DNA of 64,000 bases from Myxococcota bacterium. Lineage in GTDB: Bacteria; Myxococcota_A; UBA9160; UBA6930. The number at the start of each line of letters is the position of its first letter. Position 1 is the stretch's first letter. Below are positions 55,474 through 64,000 of this stretch, in pieces. A program made the position numbers and the translations under genes. The notes under the pieces are model-generated. The model had not been told where the DNA came from and did no database searches. It saw only the letters and a program-made list of their open reading frames with translations. Where the stretch lies: assembly GCA_965223705.1 (NCBI GenBank), contig OZ245015.1, positions 2,368,001 through 2,432,000 on the forward strand. The letters are read 5' to 3'.

Positions 55474-56352
55474 ATGCAGTCGCTGCCCCTCGGCGTCATC
55501 ACCTTTACCGACACCATGACCCGCCAGGCGATGTCCTCGTTCGCTTTGGAACTCGAGGATCTGGGCTACGAGTCACTCTGGATCCCGGAGCTCTTCGGCC
55601 GTGAGCCGATTGCCACCTGCGGCTACCTGCTCGCGCAAACGAGTCGCTTGAAGATCGCGACGGGCATCGCCGTACTCTACGCGCGCGGTGCCTACACCGC
55701 GGGGCAGGCGCGCCACACGCTCGGCGAACTCGGCGGGGGCCGGTTCCTGATGGGCCTCGGCGTGTCGCACCCCGATCTCGTCGCGCCGCGCGACGTCGCG
55801 TGGGAGCCGCCGGTCGAGAAAGCCATCGCATATCTCCAGGCGATGGAGAAAGTCGAACCCCAGAGCCCGGCCCCGGCGGAGCGTGTTCCCACGCTGCTCG
55901 CCGCGCACGGCCCCAAGTTGCTGCGTGTCGCCGCGGAGTACGCCGACGGCGCGCACATGTACCTGGTCACCCCGGAACGGGTACGCCTCGGTCGGGAGAT
56001 CCTCGGCCCCGAGAAGCAGCTGCGGGCCTGCGTGCTCTCCTGTATGTGTGATGACCTCGAACGCGCCCGGGCGACAGCGCGCAAGATGCTCGCCTTTTAC
56101 ATCCGGTTTCCCGCGTACCACCGCCAGTGGCGACAATCGGGATTCGACGAGAGCGACTGGCAGGGCGCCGGAAGTGACCGGCTCGTCGATCACATCTTCG
56201 CGCTCGGATCCCGCGACGCGCTGCTCGAACGCTACGCCGAATACATCGAAGCCGGCGCCAACCAAGTGCTCGTCTCCACGGTCTCACCACGCGAGGACGT
56301 GACGGGGCCCGACCTCGAGGCGCTGCGCGCCTTGGCACCCGGGAAGGCGTAG
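55474..56352 (+). CDS. LLM class F420-dependent oxidoreductase (TIGR03620-like)
   Basis: GYESLWIPE, ATGIA, GRFLMGLGVSH, LAAHGPK and GAHMYLVTPE motifs. Confidence 0.88.
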   Translation: MQSLPLGVITFTDTMTRQAMSSFALELEDLGYESLWIPELFGREPIATCGYLLAQTSRLKIATGIAVLYARGAYTAGQARHTLGELGGGRFLMGLGVSHPDLVAPRDVAWEPPVEKAIAYLQAMEKVEPQSPAPAERVPTLLAAHGPKLLRVAAEYADGAHMYLVTPERVRLGREILGPEKQLRACVLSCMCDDLERARATARKMLAFYIRFPAYHRQWRQSGFDESDWQGAGSDRLVDHIFALGSRDALLERYAEYIEAGANQVLVSTVSPREDVTGPDLEALRALAPGKA

Positions 56353-56362
56353 ACCGACCGCG

Positions 56363-57247
56363 ATGAAATACGGAATCCATCTCGCCGGGGGAGCGGCCAT
56401 CTGCGATCGGCAGGTCTTGCGGGACGTCGCGCAGTGCGCCGAGGACGAAGGTTTCGATGTCATCATGGCGGGCGATCACGCCGTCCTCCCGATGCACATC
56501 GAGTCGCCGTGGCCCTACGAGGAGTGGAACGGCGGAAAACCGTTCTACGACGTGTACACGCAGATTCCCTGGGCGGACATGTTCACGGTGCTGTCTTTCG
56601 CGGCCGCCTACACAGAGACGGTCCGGATCGCCACCGGGGTGATGATCGTCCCCTACCGCAATCCCTTCGACGTCGCGCGCCGCCTGGCCACCTTGGACGT
56701 CTTGTCGGGCGGGAGGCTCGTCGTCGGGTGCGGGGCCGGGTGGATGAAAGAGGAATTCGATCTGCTGGGCGTACCGTTCGAGCGCCGGGGCCGGCGAACC
56801 GACGAGTACGTGGAAGCGATGAAGGCGATGTGGACCCAGGCCGATCCCCGCTACAGCGGGGAGTTCGTGAAGCTCGATGTCCCGACCAATCCACATCCAC
56901 AGCCGCTGCAGAAGCCCCACCCACCGATCTGGATCGGCGGGGAGTCGAAGGCCGCGATGCGTCGCGTCGCGAGGGTCGGCGACGGATGGCACGTGGCGCT
57001 TCTCACCGAGCGCCAGTTCCGGGAGCTCTACGGGGAGCTCGAGCGCCAGATGGAAGCCGCGGGGCGCGATCTCTCGGAGCTAGAGCTCACAACGATGGTG
57101 GAGCCCACGCGCATGGAGCCCTCCACCTTGAAGTTCGCCGCCGACCACGGAGTCAGCACGCTGATCTTGACACCGCTCGCACCCGATCCCGCGGGTTTCG
57201 TACGCGAGATGCGGGAATTCGCCAAGTGGGTGCGTGACGGCGCCTGA
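56363..57247 (+). CDS. LLM class F420-dependent oxidoreductase (TIGR03619-like)
   Basis: GDHAVLP, PYRNP..ATLDVLSGGR..GAGWMKEEF and PHPPIWIGGES motifs. Confidence 0.9.
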   Translation: MKYGIHLAGGAAICDRQVLRDVAQCAEDEGFDVIMAGDHAVLPMHIESPWPYEEWNGGKPFYDVYTQIPWADMFTVLSFAAAYTETVRIATGVMIVPYRNPFDVARRLATLDVLSGGRLVVGCGAGWMKEEFDLLGVPFERRGRRTDEYVEAMKAMWTQADPRYSGEFVKLDVPTNPHPQPLQKPHPPIWIGGESKAAMRRVARVGDGWHVALLTERQFRELYGELERQMEAAGRDLSELELTTMVEPTRMEPSTLKFAADHGVSTLILTPLAPDPAGFVREMREFAKWVRDGA

Positions 57248-57977
57248 CCCGATCCGGCGCGCCGGGCTCCTCGGAGACATCCACGCGGAGGACGAGCTCC
57301 TGGCGCGCGCCCTCGATTGGTTCGACCGCCAGCGTGTCGACGCAATCTTGTGTACAGGAGACATCGCGGATGGCGGGGGCGACCTCGGTCGAGCGTGCGC
57401 TCTCCTGCAACAAGCCGACGTGCGCACCGTCCGCGGCAACCACGACCGCTGGCTCTTGGAAGGCCGCTTGCGAGGCGTCCCGGACGCCCACCACCGTTCC
57501 GACCAGGACGCGGAGACGCTGGCCTTCCTCGGGGCGTTGCCCGCCACGATTGAGATCGAGACCGCGCGCGGGCACCTCATGTTGTGCCACGGCGTCGCTC
57601 GGAACGATATGCGCAAAGTGTGGCCCGGAACGGAGCGACTCGAAGCGAAGCGCAGCCCTGAACTCGATGCGCTGCTCCACGAAGGCCACTACCGGTTCCT
57701 CATCCAGGGCCACTCGCACTACCGTGTCCTCGTCGATTTCCCGCAGTTCCTCGTCATCAACGCCGGGACGCTCGTGCCGAGACACCGGCCGGGCGTTTCG
57801 ATCGTCGACTTCGAAGCGGGGTCTATCGCCTGCTACGAGTTCCAGGACGGTCATCTCGGGCCGCTGGCCATCGAAGAACCCCTCGACCCGGGGCCCAGCC
57901 GACGCGTATGGGCCAACACCGAGGCCTTCGACGGCAACTGGACGGCGGTCGCTCTGTACGGCGAGCCGCTGCCCTAG
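57234..57977 (+). CDS. Metallophosphoesterase (calcineurin-like) family protein
   Basis: GDIH, GDIAD, GNHD, HG and GHSH motifs. Confidence 0.9.
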   Translation: MTAPDPIRRAGLLGDIHAEDELLARALDWFDRQRVDAILCTGDIADGGGDLGRACALLQQADVRTVRGNHDRWLLEGRLRGVPDAHHRSDQDAETLAFLGALPATIEIETARGHLMLCHGVARNDMRKVWPGTERLEAKRSPELDALLHEGHYRFLIQGHSHYRVLVDFPQFLVINAGTLVPRHRPGVSIVDFEAGSIACYEFQDGHLGPLAIEEPLDPGPSRRVWANTEAFDGNWTAVALYGEPLP

Positions 57978-58834
57978 CGGAACGGCGCGATCGCGGCGAC
58001 GTACTCGTCGAGGATCGAAAGCGTCTCGTCCCGGGGAAAATCCGCCATCGGCAACAGCACCCGATTGGCCCCCGAACCGAGCATGCTCTCGAGGCGCTTC
58101 GGGTCGACGCCCCGGCGCCGACTCACTTCCGGCAACACCGTGATGTCGAGCTCGTCCATCTTGCGGCCGCGCGCCTCCATCGCGTCGCGAATGGCTGCGA
58201 GATCAGCCTGCATGTCGCCCGCGCCGTCGATCGGCATCCAGCCGTCGCAGTACTCTGCGATCCGCGCCGGCGTCCACTTCGAATAAGCGCCCATCAACAC
58301 CGGCGGGCCGCCCGCCTGAACGGGCTTCGGCCAGCACCAGATGGGATCGAAGTCGACAAAGTCGCCGTGAAATTCCGCTTCGTCTTCGGTCCAGATGGCG
58401 CGCATCGCCAGCACGCGCTCGCGCGTGATCTTCCAGCGGTCCTTGAACACGGTTCCGTGGTTCTCCATCTCTTCGGCGTTCCAACCCGCGCCGATGCCGA
58501 AGAGGACCCGGCCGCCGGACAGACGATCGAGCGATGCGACCCGCTTCGCGGTGCTGATCGGATCGTGTTCCGTGACCAGCGTGATGCCGGTCCCGAGCTT
58601 CAGCCGCTCCGTAACCGCCGCCGCCATCGCCAGCGCCACGAATTGATCGTGGCAGCGCCAATACATGTCGGGCAGCTCACTACCGGCGATGAAGGGCGTC
58701 TTGCGACTGGTAGGAATGTGCGTGTGCTCCGCGACGAAGAGCGACTCGAACCCCCGTTCCTCGAGGGCCCGCGCGAGCTCGTCCGGCGCGATGCCGGTGT
58801 CGGTCGGAAACGTGATCAGTCCAAAATCGAGCAT
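57974..58834 (-). CDS. LLM class F420-dependent oxidoreductase (close paralogue of 41921..42781)
   Basis: FPTD, EHTHIPTSR; long identical stretches with the 41921 gene. Confidence 0.9.
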   Translation of the reverse strand: MLDFGLITFPTDTGIAPDELARALEERGFESLFVAEHTHIPTSRKTPFIAGSELPDMYWRCHDQFVALAMAAAVTERLKLGTGITLVTEHDPISTAKRVASLDRLSGGRVLFGIGAGWNAEEMENHGTVFKDRWKITRERVLAMRAIWTEDEAEFHGDFVDFDPIWCWPKPVQAGGPPVLMGAYSKWTPARIAEYCDGWMPIDGAGDMQADLAAIRDAMEARGRKMDELDITVLPEVSRRRGVDPKRLESMLGSGANRVLLPMADFPRDETLSILDEYVAAIAPFR

Positions 58835-58837
58835 GAC

Positions 58838-59356
58838 TTACCTCGGCGCCTGGGCGTTCATGATCCAGTGGATGACATCGCTCGAGTCGCGGGCGCCCCA
58901 AACGGCCCCTTCGCCGCGACCTCGCGCGCCCGTAACGGGATCGACGCGCCGCCACTCGGTCGATACGACTCGGTGGCCGATCTTCCACACGCCGTCGCGT
59001 TTCTCGAAACGGTCGACGTAGCGGATGCCCATCACGTCGTCCTTGCCATTGCCCGCTTCGTCTTCTCTGCGGTGGTACGCGACAGCGTAGGTCTCGGCGC
59101 GCGCGCGATCGCCGTCGACCTCGATCAACATGTTGCCCATGAAATGCTGCGTGGCCGTCCAACGCGGCAGCCAACCCTCGGCCGCGGTGATGAACGCATC
59201 GACGTCGCCCTTGAACGCGCCGTGGTCGTCGTACGCATCCGGGTGGTAGCAGGAACGCACGAGGTCGAAGTCGAGACGGTCGATGCCTCGCGCGTATCGA
59301 AAGATGACGTCCGCGATCTCCTGCCGCGCGAGAAGGTCTTCGACAGACAAGCTCAT
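58838..59356 (-). CDS. SnoaL-like/NTF2 family protein
   Basis: RYARGIDRLD..YHPDAYDDHG, TQHFMGN and RYVDRFEKR.G.WKI motifs. Confidence 0.9.
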   Translation of the reverse strand: MSLSVEDLLARQEIADVIFRYARGIDRLDFDLVRSCYHPDAYDDHGAFKGDVDAFITAAEGWLPRWTATQHFMGNMLIEVDGDRARAETYAVAYHRREDEAGNGKDDVMGIRYVDRFEKRDGVWKIGHRVVSTEWRRVDPVTGARGRGEGAVWGARDSSDVIHWIMNAQAPR

Positions 59357-59366
59357 GATGTACGCC

Positions 59367-59741
59367 TCAAATGCTGAGCCCCGTGCCTTCGCGGAACTGG
59401 TTCATGCAGAAATAGTCCCTCCACTCGGTGATCTTGCCGTCTTTCACGACGAAGGCACCGGCGACGGGAAGACCGAACTTCTTTCCCTCCGGCGGGTCGA
59501 AGGTGTCGATCCGTTCGTTCATGACGAAATCGCCCGAAGCGGTCTGCTTGAGCGTCTCGATGTGCACGGGACCCGTCGTTTGGAAGAAACCGTTCAGTAC
59601 TTCCTTCACAGCGGCCGGGCCCGTGACGGGTGGGAACGGCATGTTTTGGTAAACGCAATCGTCCGCGAGGTATTGCAGCGACTCATCGATACTCTTGTTG
59701 AGCGATTCACAGAACGCAGTGACGATTTCGTCGGGGGACAT
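59367..59741 (-). CDS. Limonene-1,2-epoxide hydrolase family protein
   Basis: Y.N.P, NERIDTF, LPVAG.F and ITEWRDYF motifs. Confidence 0.88.
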   Translation of the reverse strand: MSPDEIVTAFCESLNKSIDESLQYLADDCVYQNMPFPPVTGPAAVKEVLNGFFQTTGPVHIETLKQTASGDFVMNERIDTFDPPEGKKFGLPVAGAFVVKDGKITEWRDYFCMNQFREGTGLSI

Positions 59742-59836
59742 CGGTTGCCTCCATCCTGATGGATTTCAGTGGGGCCCTATTGTACGTTGCGGATGCCCCG
59801 GAGGAAAAGAACGGAACACTCAACGAGGAGACCGCC

Positions 59837-60688
59837 ATGGATATCGGCGTGATGATCTTCCCCACCGACAAGTCGATGCAACCCATCCCCCTGGCCAAGG
59901 CCTGCGAGGAGCGCGGCTTCGAATCCCTTTGGTTCCCTGAGCACAGCCACATTCCGACGAGTCGCGAGACGCCTTGGGGTGGCCGCGAGGGTGCACCTCC
60001 GCTGCCCGAGGAGTACTGGCGGACCCACGATCAGTTCGTCGCGCTGGCTGCGTGCGCCGCGGTGACGGAGAAGCTGAAGCTCGGCACCGGGATCACCCTC
60101 GTTTCGCAGCGCGATCCGATCTGGCTCGCCAAGGAAGTGGCGAGCCTCGACATGATCTCGAACGGCCGCTTCCAGTTCGGCATCGGCTACGGCTGGTGCA
60201 AAGAAGAGATGCGCAACCACGGGCTCGATTACGGCAAGCGGCGCGACATCCTCCGCGAGAACATCCTGCTCTGCAAAGAGCTTTGGACGAAGGACCAGGC
60301 GGCGTACAGCGGCTCGCACACGAAGTTCGAAGAGAGCTGGGCATGGCCCAAGCCCGCGCAGAAGCCCCACCCGCCCGTCATCATGGGCGGCGCCATCGGG
60401 CCGAAGACGTGCCAACACGTGGTCGAATTCTGCGACGGGTGGATGCCCATCGGCGGCGCGCACAACATCCCCAAGGGTTGGAAGATGCTCGAGCAGGCTT
60501 GCAAAGAGGCCGGCCGAGACATCAGCACCCTCGAGCTCGGGGTGTTCTACGGCGCCCCCGTCCCCGTGAGCGAGGACGACCTCAAGGGCTTCGCCGATCT
60601 CGGCGCGAAGCGCGTCGTGCTAGGCCTACCCTCGGCGCCGGAATCGAAGGTCATGCCCAAGCTCGACGAGTACGCAAAGCACCTCTAG
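59837..60688 (+). CDS. LLM class F420-dependent oxidoreductase (same subfamily as 41921 and 57974)
   Basis: FPTD, GFESLWFPEHSHIPTSR and HDQFVAL motifs; GAGGAG SD. Confidence 0.9.
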   Translation: MDIGVMIFPTDKSMQPIPLAKACEERGFESLWFPEHSHIPTSRETPWGGREGAPPLPEEYWRTHDQFVALAACAAVTEKLKLGTGITLVSQRDPIWLAKEVASLDMISNGRFQFGIGYGWCKEEMRNHGLDYGKRRDILRENILLCKELWTKDQAAYSGSHTKFEESWAWPKPAQKPHPPVIMGGAIGPKTCQHVVEFCDGWMPIGGAHNIPKGWKMLEQACKEAGRDISTLELGVFYGAPVPVSEDDLKGFADLGAKRVVLGLPSAPESKVMPKLDEYAKHL

Positions 60689-61593
60689 GGAGCGGCGATC
60701 GCGGACTCGAGCGAGGCGTGGACGCGTCTGTGCCACGCGAAGTCTGGCTCCCCGAGACAGACCAGGTCGTGGCCCGCCCGAAGAGCAGCGGCCGCCGCGT
60801 CGTCATCTCCGGCGAGAGCGCCCATCTCGAGGGCGTCGGTGATGACCCGGCCTCGGAAGCCGAGTCCGCCTCGCAACAGATGTCGGACGATCCGGTCGGA
60901 GAACGTCGCCGGGCGCTCGTCGGTATCCGCGACGACGAGGTGCGTCGTCATGACGAGAGGCGCGCCAGCCGCAATCCCCACGCGAAACGGGACCAACGAC
61001 TCGGGTCGAATCGGTCCGTCGATCCGTGCCAGCGCCTCGTGAGGATCGTTCGCCGCGCCCCCTAGGCCCGGGAAGTGCTTCAGCGTGGGCCACACGCCAC
61101 CGCGCAGATAGCCGGCGACGCTCGCCCCGACGAGTGCGGCCACAATCGATGGCTCGGTCCCGAAGCAGCGCTCGCGAAGCGCCGGGTTTTGCGGGTCCGC
61201 ACCGAGATCCGCGACCGGCGCGAAGTTCACGTCGACGCCGAGCGCGCGGAGCTCTCGACCAGCCGCCTCGCAGCGTCGCTCGACGTCGCGAAGCGACGCC
61301 TCGAGATCGACGCAGGCGCGCTCGCCGAGCTCCGCGGCCGACGGCATCTCACTCACCCCGCAGCCGAAGCGTTGAATGCGGCCGCCCTCTTGGTCGACGG
61401 CTATGTGCAGCTCGCCACGAGACAGGCGTCGAAGTTCCGCACAGAGATCAACGACTTGTGAACGATTTACGATATTTCGCTCGAAGAGAATGATGCCACC
61501 TGGCTCGACCGTCTCCAGATGCCGACGGGTGGCCTCGTCGACGCGCGGCCCGGGAATCCCGATCCACAGACGTTCTCCGACTCGTTCCCTCAT
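60685..61593 (-). CDS. nagZ: Beta-N-acetylhexosaminidase (GH3)
   Basis: GGIILFERN, DQEGG, NFAPVAD, KHFPGLG...DPH and TDALEM motifs; ATGA overlap. Confidence 0.9.
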   Translation of the reverse strand: MRERVGERLWIGIPGPRVDEATRRHLETVEPGGIILFERNIVNRSQVVDLCAELRRLSRGELHIAVDQEGGRIQRFGCGVSEMPSAAELGERACVDLEASLRDVERRCEAAGRELRALGVDVNFAPVADLGADPQNPALRERCFGTEPSIVAALVGASVAGYLRGGVWPTLKHFPGLGGAANDPHEALARIDGPIRPESLVPFRVGIAAGAPLVMTTHLVVADTDERPATFSDRIVRHLLRGGLGFRGRVITDALEMGALAGDDDAAAAALRAGHDLVCLGEPDFAWHRRVHASLESAIAAP

Positions 61594-63083
61594 GCCCCTT
61601 CCCCACGAGTTGCGGCCGCCACGACGAAGGCGATGGTCGCCGCAATCGGAATCCACCAAGGCCACGCCACAACCGTCGTTTCGGCCCAACCGAGCGCACG
61701 GAACAGCGGGACTTGGAGGAACAACAGCGCGCCGACGAAAGCGCCGCTGGCCAAGCCGGCGAGCGCGCTCGCTTCACCTCCCCTCGTGCGCGTCGAAATG
61801 CCGAGCGCAAAAACGCCGAGGAGCCCGCCGTACACAATCGTCATGGCAGAGAGCGCCAGCTCGACGAGGTTGATAGCCCCGCCGAGCCCGTGTTCCGCGT
61901 ACGCGGCCATTCCGAGCGCCGTCGCTACGAGACCGCTCGTCACCCACACCGAGGCTGTCCGCGTGCGGCGCCGCGAATGTTCTTTCGCCGGCGCGAGATC
62001 TCGCAGCATGCTCGCGACGATCGCGCAGATTGCCGAGTCGAGACTCGACATCGCCGCGGCGAAAACGCCCGCGAAGACCAGGCCGCGTGCACCGACGGCC
62101 AATTCGTGGCGCGCGAAGAATGCCAGTACGCTGCGACCGTCACCCAGCGGTGTCGCAGCGACCTCGGCATTCGCATAGAACCACGCGAGGCCCGTCCCGA
62201 TCGATAGGAAGAGAAGCGTCAAGGGGAGGTTCAGCACCGCGGACGCCAGGAGAGCACGTCCCCCCCGCCTGCCGTCCGGCGCCGCGAGAAGGCGCTGCAC
62301 CATGTCGTGATCCGTCGCGTGGGTGGCCAGAGTGAGAAAACAGCCGCCGATGAGCGCGGCCCAGAGACTCCGACCATCGCTCAAAAAGTCGGCGAGCCCG
62401 TCGAACCCGGGGAGTGAGAAGACCCTCGTTCGGTCGCCCGTAGCGGCCCATTCCCAGGCAGCCGGCAGGCCCCCCTCGCCGCCTGAGCCGATTGCGATGA
62501 GGACGCCGCATGCCGCCGTAAGGAACACCGCGGCCTGCGCGGCGTCGGTCCACACCACGGCGCGTAGACCGCCGAGTCGCGTGTAGGTCCCGGCCAAGAG
62601 AGCGCAAGCGACGATCGTCGCAGGCAAACCGACTCCTGTGAGCACCGCAAGCGCTAGCGCTGCGATATAGAGACGGACGCCCGAGGCGAGCAGGCGGCCG
62701 CAGACGAACAAGCCGGCAGAGGCTCGCTGCACGCGAGGCCCGAAGCGCAGTCCCGCGAAGCCGTAGACGGTTTCGACACCGAGCTCGTGGTAATGCGGGA
62801 TGAACGTGCGGGAGACGATCCACTTGCCGAGCAGGGCCCCGAAAGCGAATTGGAGGTACGTCCAATCTCCGCTGTAGGCGGCATGCGGAACCCCGATGAA
62901 GGTCGCCGCCGAGAGTTCCGTCGCGACCATCGAGGCGAGTACAGCGCCCGTCGAAAGACTGCGGCCGGCGAGCATCCACTCGCTGTCCCCCTCTACGCCG
63001 TCGGTGCGGCGGGAGGCCTTCGCACCGATCCAGAGGACCAACAGCGCGTAAGCGGCCACCACCAGCCAGTCGATGGTTGTAAC
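61590..63083 (-). CDS. Sodium:solute symporter family transporter
   Basis: LAGRS, ATELSA.TFIG.P, GGLRAVVWTD..Q, DHDMVQRLL and AAAMSSLDS motifs; start uncertain (see findings). Confidence 0.88.
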   Translation of the reverse strand, partial: VTTIDWLVVAAYALLVLWIGAKASRRTDGVEGDSEWMLAGRSLSTGAVLASMVATELSAATFIGVPHAAYSGDWTYLQFAFGALLGKWIVSRTFIPHYHELGVETVYGFAGLRFGPRVQRASAGLFVCGRLLASGVRLYIAALALAVLTGVGLPATIVACALLAGTYTRLGGLRAVVWTDAAQAAVFLTAACGVLIAIGSGGEGGLPAAWEWAATGDRTRVFSLPGFDGLADFLSDGRSLWAALIGGCFLTLATHATDHDMVQRLLAAPDGRRGGRALLASAVLNLPLTLLFLSIGTGLAWFYANAEVAATPLGDGRSVLAFFARHELAVGARGLVFAGVFAAAMSSLDSAICAIVASMLRDLAPAKEHSRRRTRTASVWVTSGLVATALGMAAYAEHGLGGAINLVELALSAMTIVYGGLLGVFALGISTRTRGGEASALAGLASGAFVGALLFLQVPLFRALGWAETTVVAWPWWIPIAATIAFVVAAATRGEGA

Positions 63084-63115
63084 GGTCCCCTCCTCTCTGT
63101 GCGATGCTCGCGGGC

Positions 63116-63805
63116 ATGTCGGAAGCATTCAAGGGTTTCAAGCCGAGCCTGCTCCAGTTTCTGGCGGAGCTCGAATCGAACAATGACCGCGAGTGGTTTC
63201 AGGAAAACCGCGAGCGGTACGAGAGTGACGTGCGGGAGCCGGCGCGCGCGTTTATCCGCCATATGAGCGAGCCGTTGGCGAAGATCTCGAAGCGCGTTAC
63301 CGCGAGCGACAAGAAAGTCGGCGGTTCACTGATGCGCGTTCATCGCGACTTGCGCTTCGCGAAGGACCAGCAGCCGTACAAGACCAACGTCGGCATTCAG
63401 TTTCGGCATACCGCCGGGAAAGATGTCCACGCCCCGGGCCTCTACGTCCATATCGCGCTCGATTCGTGCTTTCTCGGAGCGGGTCTGTGGCGCCCGGAGC
63501 GCGAAGCGTTGGCCGGCATTCGCAACGGCATCGCGGACCGGCCCGCCGCCTGGACGAAGCTCTGGAAAGGCAAGTCCGTCGCTGGCTGGCGCCTGGGCGG
63601 CGACACACTGAAGCGACCGCCGCGGGGCTTCGATCCCGAACATCCGCTGATCGAAGAGCTCAAGCGCAAGGACTTCATCGCGGTCTACGACCTCGATCAC
63701 GATCGGGTGCTCTCGCGCACGTTCCCGCGTTTCGTCGCCGACCGCTTCCGGAGCATGACGCCGCTCATGCGGTTCCTGTCGAAATCGATTGGACTCGACT
63801 ACTAG
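63116..63805 (+). CDS. DUF2461 (TIGR02453) family protein
   Basis: FLAEL..NN.REWF, RVHRDLRFAKD..PYKT and LKRPPRGF..HP motifs. Confidence 0.9.
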   Translation: MSEAFKGFKPSLLQFLAELESNNDREWFQENRERYESDVREPARAFIRHMSEPLAKISKRVTASDKKVGGSLMRVHRDLRFAKDQQPYKTNVGIQFRHTAGKDVHAPGLYVHIALDSCFLGAGLWRPEREALAGIRNGIADRPAAWTKLWKGKSVAGWRLGGDTLKRPPRGFDPEHPLIEELKRKDFIAVYDLDHDRVLSRTFPRFVADRFRSMTPLMRFLSKSIGLDY

Positions 63806-63999
63806 CCGGCCGAAGCCCTCCGCTGTGGCCTCGGGAGCCCGAGATTTTCTCGGAGGGTCTTGCCTTCGTAGCGCGTGCGAAACAGTCCGCGTCGTTGCAG
63901 TTCGGGCACGACGCGCTCGACAAAGTCATCGAGCCCGCCGGGTAGGTACGGGAACATGATGTTGAAGCCGTCGCAGGCCTCGCCGTCGAGCCAGATCTC
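63802..63999 (-). CDS. NtaA/DmoA/SnaA-type LLM monooxygenase, C-terminal end (truncated by window edge)
   Basis: Minus-strand translation EIWLDGEACDGFNIMFPYLPGGLDDFVERVVPELQRRGLFRTRYEGKTLRENLGLPRP...*. Confidence 0.88.
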   Translation of the reverse strand, partial: EIWLDGEACDGFNIMFPYLPGGLDDFVERVVPELQRRGLFRTRYEGKTLRENLGLPRPQRRASAG

Positions 64000-64000
64000 C

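Noticed and set aside
1..64000. Prophage, IS element, integron, CRISPR array, rRNA/tRNA or defence island
   Set aside because: No integrase, transposase, phage or cas motifs among the ORFs, no regularly spaced repeats, and no obvious compositional shift seen by eye; a short ncRNA could be missed without a covariance search.

Overview
High-GC (roughly two-thirds G+C by eye), densely coding bacterial chromosome segment with about 70 genes. I saw no rRNA, tRNA, CRISPR array, integrase or transposase. It is dominated by oxidative and catabolic enzymes: ten luciferase-like (LLM, several F420-type) oxidoreductases, an F420 DDN-type reductase, two Baeyer-Villiger monooxygenases, HpaB-like and TfdA-like oxygenases, four SDRs, several NTF2/SnoaL proteins and hydantoinase A/B genes. 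Housekeeping genes include recQ, selO, ada-alkA/ogt, nagZ, a PepF-like peptidase, carbonic anhydrase and an RRM protein. The gene mix suggests an uncultured Myxococcota/Binatota-like organism (inference only). Top finding 1: a divergent cluster at 42.8-50.3 kb in which each of three Rieske oxygenase alpha subunits is directly preceded by a paralogue of an uncharacterised ~120-aa protein that is not a classical beta subunit. The cluster also holds a Rieske ferredoxin, a secreted haem-c/Vgb beta-propeller protein and a ligand-less PCuAC-like protein, but no reductase. Top finding 2: a selenocysteine peroxiredoxin that the ORF track splits in two, with an in-frame UGA at the peroxidatic position, a SECIS-like hairpin and no resolving Cys. 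Other findings: an unannotated 41-aa Cys/Lys-rich small protein, a structured leader with a mini-uORF before the RRM gene, and probable leaderless/bidirectional promoters. Start codons were re-picked by eye and all family calls come from motif recognition, not database searches.
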